Below, piece after piece: positions 28,316-35,558 of a stretch of 38,254 nucleotides of DNA. Location of the stretch: IMG/VR virus record IMGVR_UViG_3300025610_000007, positions 1-38,254 of that record; one strand, 5' to 3'. Under the pieces are notes generated by a model. It searched no databases. It had not been told where the DNA came from and saw only the letters and a list, made by a program, of their open reading frames with translations. The stretch comes from a virus (lineage: Duplodnaviria; Caudoviricetes). The translations under genes and the position numbers were made by a program. The stretch's first letter is position 1. Each line of letters begins with the position of its first letter.

Positions 28316-28599
28316 TGAGTTATAAAACACCAGCATGGCAGCGAAAAGAAGGCAAATCCAAATCAGGTGGTTTAAACGCTGCTGGTGTTGCTAGTTATAG
28401 AAAGGCCAATCCCGGTTCCAAGTTAAAAACTGCTGTAACAACAAAGCCCTCAAAACTAAAGAAAGGAAGCAAAGCTTACCATAGGCGTAAAGCTTTTTGT
28501 AAAAGAATGAGCGGCATGAAGAAAAAATTAACAAGTAGTAAAACTGCTAATGACCCAAATAGTAGAATAAACAAAGCCCTTAGAAAGTGGAACTGTTAG
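28315..28599 (+). CDS. Conserved basic phage protein (DUF6321-like)
   Basis: PAWQRKEGK..GGLN..G..SY...PGSKLK...RRKAFCKRM.G...DPNSRINKALRKWNC, recognised from memory. Confidence 0.7.
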   Translation: MSYKTPAWQRKEGKSKSGGLNAAGVASYRKANPGSKLKTAVTTKPSKLKKGSKAYHRRKAFCKRMSGMKKKLTSSKTANDPNSRINKALRKWNC

Positions 28600-28836
28600 A
28601 TGAAGTTGAATACAAATATATCCATAGAAAATATAATTACAATTATTGCTTTAGTATGCTCGATGATTTTAGCGTTTGGATTCATGCAATATGATATAGA
28701 TGCTATAAAAAGAGACATGGAGCTGAAAGCAAGTAAAAGAGATGTGGTTGCTGATAGAGAGCTAATCACATATAAACTAGATATGATGATGGAGGACATC
28801 GCTGAAATAAAACAGATACTCAAGGAGAAACAATAA
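28600..28836 (+). CDS. Membrane protein with coiled coil (lysis region)
   Basis: TM segment IITIIALVCSMILAFGF. Confidence 0.6.
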   Translation: MKLNTNISIENIITIIALVCSMILAFGFMQYDIDAIKRDMELKASKRDVVADRELITYKLDMMMEDIAEIKQILKEKQ

Positions 28837-29069
28837 TGGAATGGTTATCACTTAGTAATGCCGCATACATGCTAGTTATTATACTAGGAGCTGTAGGAAC
28901 AATGGCCGCAGTTAAGTATAAGCCTTTAATAAAAGAGGTTAAAGAAGTAGCACAGAAATATCATGATGCGAAGAAAGATGGCTCTATTAGTAAATCTGAG
29001 CAGCAACAAATAGCAAAAGAATGTATGGATGTTATTGTTGCAATCGGAAAATTAGTTTGGAAGTTTTAA
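28836..29069 (+). CDS. Putative holin
   Basis: Small TM protein immediately before the endolysin. Confidence 0.5.
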   Translation: MEWLSLSNAAYMLVIILGAVGTMAAVKYKPLIKEVKEVAQKYHDAKKDGSISKSEQQQIAKECMDVIVAIGKLVWKF

Positions 29070-29486
29070 GTGCCTAGGTTTGGCAAACGAAGCAAAGAAC
29101 GTTTAAACGGTGTAGACAGTCGTTTAATCAATGTATTAAATGAAGTGGTGAAATACTTTGATATTACTGTCATTGAAGGTTTGCGTTCTGAGAAAAGACA
29201 AAATGAATTGTTGGCGCAAGGAAAATCAAAGACCAAATTTAGTAAGCACTTAGAGGGTAAGGCTGTAGATATTGCACCTTACCCGATAGATTGGAAAGCG
29301 AGGGACGACTTCCATTATCTCGGTGGCTTTGTATTAGGCATAGCTGCAAAAATGGGAGTCAACGTTCGCTGGGGAGGTGACTGGTCATCCCCAAGCTTAG
29401 ATAAAGATGTCATGCGAGGCGCAGAACAACGCACCACAAAAGATAACGGGTTTGACGACCTTGTTCATTTTGAATTAATAGATTAA
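29070..29486 (+). CDS. Endolysin, peptidase M15 (L-Ala-D-Glu peptidase type)
   Basis: EGLRS..RQ, SKH..G.AVD, RWGGDW, DLVHFEL. Confidence 0.92.
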   Translation: MPRFGKRSKERLNGVDSRLINVLNEVVKYFDITVIEGLRSEKRQNELLAQGKSKTKFSKHLEGKAVDIAPYPIDWKARDDFHYLGGFVLGIAAKMGVNVRWGGDWSSPSLDKDVMRGAEQRTTKDNGFDDLVHFELID

Positions 29487-29509
29487 TTTACGTAGTTACG
29501 TAACACCTT

Positions 29510-29553
29510 AAAGCCGGGTTCTTGATTGTTTGTCCTTTCTCCCCGGCTTTTTT
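29510..29553 (+). terminator. Late-operon terminator-like hairpin with a large anti-RBS loop
   Basis: AAAGCCGGG / CCCGGCTTT stem, 23-nt pyrimidine-rich loop, T-tract. Confidence 0.7.
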
Positions 29554-29559
29554 GTATCC

Positions 29560-29574
29560 CAAATCTGACACAAT
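29560..29574 (+). repeat. Putative integrase arm-type site, copy 1
   Basis: CAAATCTGACACAAT, repeated exactly at 29752-29766 on the other side of the att core. Confidence 0.7.
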
Positions 29575-29598
29575 TTTTAAAAAGATTCTCTTGCGGAA

Positions 29599-29645
29599 CT
29601 GCCCTTACAAGGCAGATGTCGGGAGTTCGAATCTCTCAACGCCCA
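29599..29645 (+). mobile_element. attP: attP core: 3' half of tRNA-Val(TAC)
   Basis: CTGCC-CTTACAA-GGCAG anticodon arm, GGGAG-TTCGAAT-CTCTC T arm, AACGCCC-A acceptor strand; no D arm; next to int. Confidence 0.88.
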
Positions 29646-29651
29646 CTCCTC

Positions 29652-29689
29652 GAGAGCCCCTGTTTATTGACGGGGGCTTTTGTGTTTTT
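29652..29689 (+). terminator. Intrinsic terminator downstream of the tRNA fragment
   Basis: GAGAGCCCCTGT / ACGGGGGCTTTT stem followed by T-rich tail. Confidence 0.7.
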
Positions 29690-29745
29690 GGGGGGTTCTG
29701 ATTGTACTTCATTGTCCTTCAAAATATCGCATAAATAGCCATTAC

Positions 29746-29766
29746 CTGACTCAAATCTGACACAAT
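29746..29766 (+). repeat. Putative integrase arm-type sites, tandem pair
   Basis: CTGACTCAA-AT-CTGACACAA, matching 29560-29574. Confidence 0.7.
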
Positions 29767-29768
29767 GG

Positions 29769-30734
29769 TTAAACGAGTTTATCAATATATTGCTTCTGTA
29801 GTTTAAGTCCGCCATGAGCATACTTACTTGCCATCTTACTTGTTGAATGCCCAGTAAGGTTTTTAATATCTTCGAGCCCTAACCCAAGTTCTTGTAGGTT
29901 GGTTGTGAAGGAATGTCTCAAACTATGTAAGTTCCATTTTTTTAATGGGTATCCCATTCCTTCTAATTTTTTTTGTAATAACTCTCTTGATTTATCTCTG
30001 TCTCCTTTATGTATATATATCTCATATATCTCATTACCATACTCTATTAGTTTAGGATGTAAATAAATACCAACATCTCTATCTGTCTTTTTCTGATTAA
30101 CAACACCATTTTCTACATCTTCTTTTTTTAAAGTACCAGCATCAACAGCTCTTAAACCTGTATAATATAAAATGTTCCAAAATATCCTATCTCTTCTTGG
30201 GATGTTTAAACGCATTAACTTTTCCCAAACGTCCTTAGGTATATTTTCTCCATCCTTACTCTTTACATCTCCTATTGTTGCGGCTATCGTAGGATTACTG
30301 GATATATATGTGTTATTGTGGGCATACTCGAACATCTTTTTAATAATAGATAGCTCTTTTTTAACGGTAGTGCCAGCAACAACAGAGAGCCTATTATTAA
30401 TGTATTTATTAATATCAATAAGCCTCACGTTCTTTATTTGTTTTGTGCCCATATATTCTATTAAGTGATTCATTACTATTTTAACCCTGTCAGCCCATGC
30501 TTTTGTTTTCTTAGGAAGTATTTCTAAATTATAATATTCTTTATACAATTCCGCTACGTTTAAACTACTTGTTGCTATTCCGTTTTCTTGGAGCATTATT
30601 TCGGTGTATAATGCCGCTCCTAACTTTTCTGCTATTTTTTTATTGGTAGTCTTTAAAGACTTTCTGACCCTATTGCCTTTTTCGTTGCTACCATATATAA
30701 AATAATAATAACCATTACTTCTTTTTGTAATCAT
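29769..30734 (-). CDS. int: Tyrosine integrase
   Basis: TGLR, K (KKT), HSLRH, TGH and catalytic Y (KYAH); short N-terminal arm-binding-like domain. Confidence 0.95.
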   Translation of the reverse strand: MITKRSNGYYYFIYGSNEKGNRVRKSLKTTNKKIAEKLGAALYTEIMLQENGIATSSLNVAELYKEYYNLEILPKKTKAWADRVKIVMNHLIEYMGTKQIKNVRLIDINKYINNRLSVVAGTTVKKELSIIKKMFEYAHNNTYISSNPTIAATIGDVKSKDGENIPKDVWEKLMRLNIPRRDRIFWNILYYTGLRAVDAGTLKKEDVENGVVNQKKTDRDVGIYLHPKLIEYGNEIYEIYIHKGDRDKSRELLQKKLEGMGYPLKKWNLHSLRHSFTTNLQELGLGLEDIKNLTGHSTSKMASKYAHGGLKLQKQYIDKLV

Positions 30735-30765
30735 AGTTTGTCCTTTCTATTTAATTACTGTTTAA

Positions 30766-31485
30766 TTATTCAGACAACCACCTAATATGTGCAGTGCCAG
30801 TTCCTTTTACCCAGTTTACTCTATATTCAACATTTGCTTTAAATATTGTACCATTTTTATGAGTATATAAAACTGGTATTTCAGCTACAAGCATCGTTGT
30901 ATTCATTTTAATGGCTTTATATGCTCTCATAAAATTATCCATTATGCCAAGCATTTCTTCTTTTTGCTTTTGAGTCCTTAATTGATGAATATTGTGGTCT
31001 TTATAGTCCACCATTTCATCTATTTGTAAAAAATTAATTATTTGTGCTTCAGTATAACCTAATTTTTTAGCCATTGTTGGTATATAACTACTATCTTGAG
31101 AAAGATATTTTACTTTTACCCCGAAATTTTTTATTGACCAACTAAATTTCACTTCAAAAGAAAATACAATATCAGATTGTATACCATCATATACAGATTC
31201 ATCTTCTTTGATTTTACTTTCTAATTGTTCTATCTTTTCTTTTTGCAATTCTATTAAATAGTCTTTTTGATTATTGCTTATTGCTGCACTCTCTATCACT
31301 TCATTTGTCCTTTCTTCTTTTTTGTCTAAAACTTCAAACCTTCTTTTGACCATCTCTGGTACTTCAGTTCTCCCTGATTCATAGTTAGCAACTGTGTTTC
31401 TATGTATACTTAAAATCTTTGCAAATTGGCCCTGAGTATATCCATTTCTTAAACGATAGGCTCTCAATATTTCTTGCATTTCCAT
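30766..31485 (-). CDS. Repressor-like regulator: XRE HTH, coiled coil, PAS-like domain (start revised to 31485)
   Basis: LRAYRLRNGYTQGQFAKILSIHRNTVANYESG HTH; GGAGG SD before MEMQ; divergent from the Xis-like gene. Confidence 0.8.
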   Translation of the reverse strand: MEMQEILRAYRLRNGYTQGQFAKILSIHRNTVANYESGRTEVPEMVKRRFEVLDKKEERTNEVIESAAISNNQKDYLIELQKEKIEQLESKIKEDESVYDGIQSDIVFSFEVKFSWSIKNFGVKVKYLSQDSSYIPTMAKKLGYTEAQIINFLQIDEMVDYKDHNIHQLRTQKQKEEMLGIMDNFMRAYKAIKMNTTMLVAEIPVLYTHKNGTIFKANVEYRVNWVKGTGTAHIRWLSE

Positions 31486-31591
31486 AAAATCCTCCAATTT
31501 TATCTTGCACAATATAGTACATTTATGTTTATATTTGCACATCAATTATGATTCAAATACTAATTAAACCATAAAGATACATAAAGGTACA

Positions 31592-31786
31592 ATGAAAAAC
31601 ATTTTTAATCAAGAAGAAATATATAGCCCTAAAGAAGCTGCTGAAATACTTAAAGTAAGTAAGGCCGCTATCTTAGAAGACATTCATACAAAAAGAATAA
31701 AGAATGTAATTAAGCGTGGCTATCGCACCTTTCGCATACCGGGTGATTCTCTTAATGCTTATTGGAATAGCCAGAGAATTTCCTAA
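31592..31786 (+). CDS. Excisionase-like HTH protein (HTH_17 type)
   Basis: YSPKEAAEILKVSK...G.RTFRIP..SL. Confidence 0.8.
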   Translation: MKNIFNQEEIYSPKEAAEILKVSKAAILEDIHTKRIKNVIKRGYRTFRIPGDSLNAYWNSQRIS

Positions 31787-31794
31787 AAATAATT

Positions 31795-31885
31795 GGAGGG
31801 CCGCATCCCCAATCTCTCTACCTATAGCGTGGCCTTCTGTTCAGCTGCTGAGGTTTCTTATTCCTCCTTTCTTGACCTCAGCGGC
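31795..31885 (+). ncRNA. Candidate two-hairpin structured RNA with an anti-Shine-Dalgarno loop
   Basis: Two 10-12 bp stems whose G-U pairs work only on the + strand; loop 2 contains CCTCCTTTCT. Confidence 0.5.
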
Positions 31886-31912
31886 AAGCTTTAATAACTA
31901 TCAGGAGAAACA

Positions 31913-32767
31913 ATGAATAAAACACCTATTATGTGTAAGATGGTAAGTAGTGGAGGGAATAGATACTACGTGCCTATCAATACAAACTATGTTCAAGAGG
32001 AATATAAATTGGATGACCTTTACCCATGGAAAAAGTTATCCACTACCAGCTTTTTAAATATCTTAAATAAACCGGGGCTTACTGCATGGAAGCAAAACAA
32101 AGGTTGGCTTGCTGGGCCAGAAGGTAAAACAGCTGCACTCAAAGGCACAATTACGCACATTGGTGTAGATAGAATGCACTATGGTGCACCAGTTAATAAA
32201 GAGTGGATAATGATGAAGATTAATAAAAGTAGGTTCACGATGTGGCAGCTTTTTTATGACTCAGCAGATTCTCTTTGTTATGACATACAAAAGCATTTAG
32301 CTGGGTATGTGGCATTTTGTGAAGAAAAACAACCTGAGATACTTGCTAGTGAAATTATGTTGTGGCACCCTAATTATCTATGGGCTGGGACAGGTGATTT
32401 ATTTGCAAGCTTTAAAACACGTAAAAATAATAAGAATAGAGTTAATTGTTACATAGACCTAAAGACAGGCAAACCTAACCCTGAGCACGCCATTCAAGGG
32501 GTTGCCTATGCTATGTTGTGGAACGCTCACTTTCCTGAGCAACAAATCACGCATATAGGAAACGTATATACAAACGATGGATGGTTGAAAGACCCCACAT
32601 ACAAATTAACAGTAAAGCCAATCACAGATGAATTACGTGATGAGTGGATGGCCATTGTAAATCTTTATGAAAAACAAAAGGGGAAGAATTGGCAGCCTAG
32701 AAAACAGCCTGAAGTCCCCGAAGATTTTTCAATATCATATCTTAAACAACAGAAAAGGAGTGCATAG
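31913..32767 (+). CDS. PD-(D/E)xK exonuclease (lambda-exo/Cas4-like superfamily)
   Basis: GTITH, SE, WAGTGDL, YIDLKTG, Q..AY motifs. Confidence 0.8.
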   Translation: MNKTPIMCKMVSSGGNRYYVPINTNYVQEEYKLDDLYPWKKLSTTSFLNILNKPGLTAWKQNKGWLAGPEGKTAALKGTITHIGVDRMHYGAPVNKEWIMMKINKSRFTMWQLFYDSADSLCYDIQKHLAGYVAFCEEKQPEILASEIMLWHPNYLWAGTGDLFASFKTRKNNKNRVNCYIDLKTGKPNPEHAIQGVAYAMLWNAHFPEQQITHIGNVYTNDGWLKDPTYKLTVKPITDELRDEWMAIVNLYEKQKGKNWQPRKQPEVPEDFSISYLKQQKRSA

Positions 32768-32769
32768 CT

Positions 32770-33000
32770 ATGGCACAACAGTACGAAGTAAAGCCTGAAA
32801 CAGGCAGTCTCTTTAAAAATAAAGAGAAGAGTAAACCAACAGCACCAGACCTAACAGGAAACTGTAAAGTGGGTGGCAAGGAGTGGCGTGTAGCCGCTTG
32901 GATGAATGAGTCAAAGAAAGGTGTTAAATACTATTCTTTGAAGTTCAGTGAGCCACAGGCTGGTGATTCAGCACCAAAGGATGATGATTTACCATTCTAA
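32770..33000 (+). CDS. Putative small ssDNA-binding protein
   Basis: GSLFKN...PDLTG...AAW...KYYSL and an acidic SSB-type tail DDDLPF. Confidence 0.7.
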   Translation: MAQQYEVKPETGSLFKNKEKSKPTAPDLTGNCKVGGKEWRVAAWMNESKKGVKYYSLKFSEPQAGDSAPKDDDLPF

Positions 33001-33225
33001 TTGGTGGATTACTCTGGGAGCAAAGCATGGCAGAAATGTGCAAAGAGTTACGCTTTAGCACAACTGGATTATCCTGATGGTATTGGTATCCCTACTACGC
33101 TCCACATTAAACGTAACTACTTGGGGGGCACTGATTTACGTCATGTGCCTCCTGAGAAATTCAGAAAATTACTTAACAAATTTAGACATTATTATATACA
33201 AATGAGGAAGAGTCGTGGAGATTGA
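33001..33225 (+). CDS. Hypothetical protein (start uncertain)
   Basis: Fills the operon gap. Confidence 0.5.
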   Translation: MVDYSGSKAWQKCAKSYALAQLDYPDGIGIPTTLHIKRNYLGGTDLRHVPPEKFRKLLNKFRHYYIQMRKSRGD

Positions 33226-33634
33226 ATTGACAGAAGAACAAGTAGATTGGATTTTAGATGGTCTCAGGGCTGATGGATTTGCTGACAGCAGATTTGATAT
33301 AAACCTTGCCGAGGGCAAGCATAACGAAAACAAACTTTTAAAAACATTACAATTAGATACTATTGAAGTCAAGACAGATTATGGAGCTACAAACACTGGA
33401 AATGTATTTGTGGAATATATGTATAAAGATAAGCCAAGTGGAATATCTGTTACCGAAGCCAGTCATTACGCTATTGTTATACCAGATAAGTCAAATAGTA
33501 AAAACGTTACAATATTAATTGAAACAAAAGTATTAAAGGAAATCATCAGAGACAAAGAAGATAGGATGGGCGGAGATGATAATCAAAGCAAGGGGAAGCT
33601 AATTAAGGTAGAGGAATTGGTTAATTGGATATAA
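33215..33634 (+). CDS. Conserved phage protein, restriction-endonuclease-like fold suspected
   Basis: FDINL..G...E, IEVKTD, TGNVFVEY, PSGI..TEA. Confidence 0.6.
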   Translation: MEIELTEEQVDWILDGLRADGFADSRFDINLAEGKHNENKLLKTLQLDTIEVKTDYGATNTGNVFVEYMYKDKPSGISVTEASHYAIVIPDKSNSKNVTILIETKVLKEIIRDKEDRMGGDDNQSKGKLIKVEELVNWI

Positions 33635-34359
33635 AGGAACCATATTTTTTGTTAGCTAGAAAATTAGAAGAGCATTGGTTATGGCAAGAAAAGCCATTTA
33701 GCAGGGGTCAGGCTTGGGTTGATTTAATCATGCAGGCAGCATTTAAAGACCATGAAACTGTATGGAAGAATCAAGTCATTAATGTAAAACGTGGACAGGT
33801 TCCAAAGAGTTACAGGCAGCTAGGTACTCGCTGGGGGTGGGACAAGAATAAAGTAGGACGATTTCTTACCCTTCTCAAAAAGCGTGGCATGTGTGGGACA
33901 GATTTGGGACAGGGATTCACGCTCATAAGTATCTATAATTACGAGACTTACCAGCTATCACCAAAGGGTGAGTGGGACAGCAACGCACCAGTAAACGGGA
34001 CGCAGGCGGGACACAGGCGGGACAAACAGAATAAAAGTAATAAAAGTAATAAAAGTAATAATACTATATATGCAAAAAAAACAAATACAAAAAAAGCGTA
34101 CAAAGGATTAAGTGATGAGTTTCTTAATAAGTGTAAAGCTAATCCTGAATTTGCCCATATTGATGTAGACCTTATCTACAGAACTTTTACAGACTATTGT
34201 AAACAAAAGGGGGGAAGACCTTATGCAGATTACGAGGCTGCATTTAGAAACTTTCTCCGTAGAGATAAACAGTTTAAACGCCCTAAAGATGAAAGGAGGT
34301 TAAGTAATGTCCCAAAATCAAACGCTAAGTATAGCAGAGGCGGAAAATTACTTGAATAA
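33625..34359 (+). CDS. Replication initiator (replisome-organiser-like)
   Basis: L.RKL.EHWLW..KPFS..QAWVDL, KRGQ..SY..L..RWGW, I.NYE.YQ; internal iterons. Confidence 0.8.
   Translation: MDIKEPYFLLARKLEEHWLWQEKPFSRGQAWVDLIMQAAFKDHETVWKNQVINVKRGQVPKSYRQLGTRWGWDKNKVGRFLTLLKKRGMCGTDLGQGFTLISIYNYETYQLSPKGEWDSNAPVNGTQAGHRRDKQNKSNKSNKSNNTIYAKKTNTKKAYKGLSDEFLNKCKANPEFAHIDVDLIYRTFTDYCKQKGGRPYADYEAAFRNFLRRDKQFKRPKDERRLSNVPKSNAKYSRGGKLLE
33895..34060 (+). repeat. Putative replication origin: GGGAC iterons plus AT-rich tandem repeat
   Basis: GGGAC at 33895, 33906, 33974, 33997, 34008 and 34019 (11-bp period), then (AATAAAAGT)x3. Confidence 0.75.
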
Positions 34360-34831
34360 GCTTATAGACTTTTCAGCTTGTAATCTAACACAAGAGCAAA
34401 CGGACACGTGGATTGAGCTCTTGGGTCAATATAATGATGAAGTTGTTAAAAAAGGTATGGTAGAAATAATATATATCACTGAACAACCTAATGGCCAGAT
34501 GAAAGGTAGACTACCGAGATTGGATAAGGTCAGGAATATTTTGAGTGAGATACGCAGAGAAAGTAACAGTCAGGTACGCAGTGCCTTTATAGACTCATTG
34601 GAAGATGATGAGGAATACTTAACAAACGAACAGCAAAAAGAATTAACAGGATTAATGCAAAGGGGGTTTAGTGCTATACAAAAGAAAGAAATCAATGTTG
34701 ACCAATATTATGACAGGCTTGCAGTCTTTTGGGACAAGATTAATGAAAAAGAATTTGCAGCAGAAAATAGAAGAATTGCAGCTAACTACAGAATCAATCC
34801 AGACTTTGAACCCACTTATGAAGAAGTGTAG
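34307..34831 (+). CDS. Hypothetical replication-associated protein (possible helicase loader)
   Basis: Follows the initiator; strong SD GAAAGGAGG; function inferred from position only. Confidence 0.55.
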   Translation: MSQNQTLSIAEAENYLNKLIDFSACNLTQEQTDTWIELLGQYNDEVVKKGMVEIIYITEQPNGQMKGRLPRLDKVRNILSEIRRESNSQVRSAFIDSLEDDEEYLTNEQQKELTGLMQRGFSAIQKKEINVDQYYDRLAVFWDKINEKEFAAENRRIAANYRINPDFEPTYEEV

Positions 34832-34946
34832 TCACGATAATCTATACTATCAACCGTATGAACCTGAGAATAATGCACCTGAATCTCTTACATGCGAAGA
34901 TTGTGGAATTGATATGAATGAGCCTGAACCAGATTGGAGCGTTTAA
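34818..34946 (+). CDS. Small zinc-binding protein (start revised to MKKCSH)
   Basis: CxH...CxxC, 42 aa. Confidence 0.55.
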   Translation: MKKCSHDNLYYQPYEPENNAPESLTCEDCGIDMNEPEPDWSV

Positions 34947-34948
34947 AC

Positions 34949-35293
34949 ATGGCAAGTAAATCGAAAACAAAAGGAAATACATACGAAAGAGAACTTGTTG
35001 ATTATTTTAAACAGAGAGGCTATGAAACAAAAAGAGCATGGGGTAGTGATGGTAGAAGTATGGGTATGGAAGAGGATGTAGATGGTTACTTTATTAAAGA
35101 TAATGTGATGTGGAAGTTTCAAGCGAAACGCAGAAAGGCGATACCAAAATGGATTGACCCCGGTAATTCTGACATGACCATTATGAGAGCAGACAGGGGT
35201 GAGAGTTATATAGTTATGAAGCTTAGTACATGGGATGATAATCATCCTCTAGGAGCTGGTTTTAAACATAAGGATACAAAAAAGAATGGATAA
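34949..35293 (+). CDS. Holliday junction resolvase-like nuclease (Hjc type)
   Basis: SKTKGNTYEREL...GY...RAWGSDG...D...QAKRRK. Confidence 0.75.
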   Translation: MASKSKTKGNTYERELVDYFKQRGYETKRAWGSDGRSMGMEEDVDGYFIKDNVMWKFQAKRRKAIPKWIDPGNSDMTIMRADRGESYIVMKLSTWDDNHPLGAGFKHKDTKKNG

Positions 35294-35558
35294 AATATTG
35301 AACTGGGCCAGTAAGTATGGCATCATAAAAGAGCGTTTAAACAAGGCAGATTATTTAATACAAGAATATCATGATTGGTTTGCTGGGTTTGTAAGACAAA
35401 TCATGGGCGACATAGTAAAGCTTGAACAACGCAAGATGGGTAATACCCGTTTTATAGCTAATACAGAAAGCTATGCTTATACCGCTTTAAAAAGAATTGC
35501 AGAACTTGAAAAAGAATTAAAAGAATACCACAAACTAAAAGGAAAGGACAAATCATGA
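35286..35558 (+). CDS. Hypothetical protein
   Basis: Coupled ORF with coiled-coil C-terminus. Confidence 0.6.
   Translation: MDKILNWASKYGIIKERLNKADYLIQEYHDWFAGFVRQIMGDIVKLEQRKMGNTRFIANTESYAYTALKRIAELEKELKEYHKLKGKDKS

Noticed and set aside
29488-29504. TTACGTAGTTACGTAAC tandem/palindrome after the endolysin
   Set aside because: Single short occurrence; could be an att accessory site but has no support
29599-29645. Functional phage tRNA-Val gene
   Set aside because: The 5' acceptor strand and D arm are missing; it is an att core
29526-29821. ORFs 29526-29738 (+), 29636-29821 (-) and a 35-codon minus ORF after AAGGACAATG near 29712
   Set aside because: They run over attP, terminators and arm sites; RBS-to-ATG spacing is too short
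1309-30468. Numerous antisense ORFs in the track (e.g. 4613-5059, 8694-9035, 27277-27651, 30172-30468)
   Set aside because: Opposite strand to well-supported genes, mirror-codon composition, no RBS
30960-31080. Canonical LOV photoreceptor in the repressor
   Set aside because: The GxNCRFLQ motif and its Cys are absent; only a generic PAS-like resemblance is claimed
31505-31537. Bacteroidota-type promoter (TATATTTG) implying a Bacteroidota host
   Set aside because: Single instance; the genome uses strong SD sequences and a TTGACA/TATAAT promoter
31716-31916. 66-aa ORF across the xis-exonuclease gap
   Set aside because: No RBS; the region is better explained by RNA hairpins
33895-34060. CRISPR-like array
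   Set aside because: Repeats are 5-11 bp without unique spacers and lie in the initiator gene; they fit iterons
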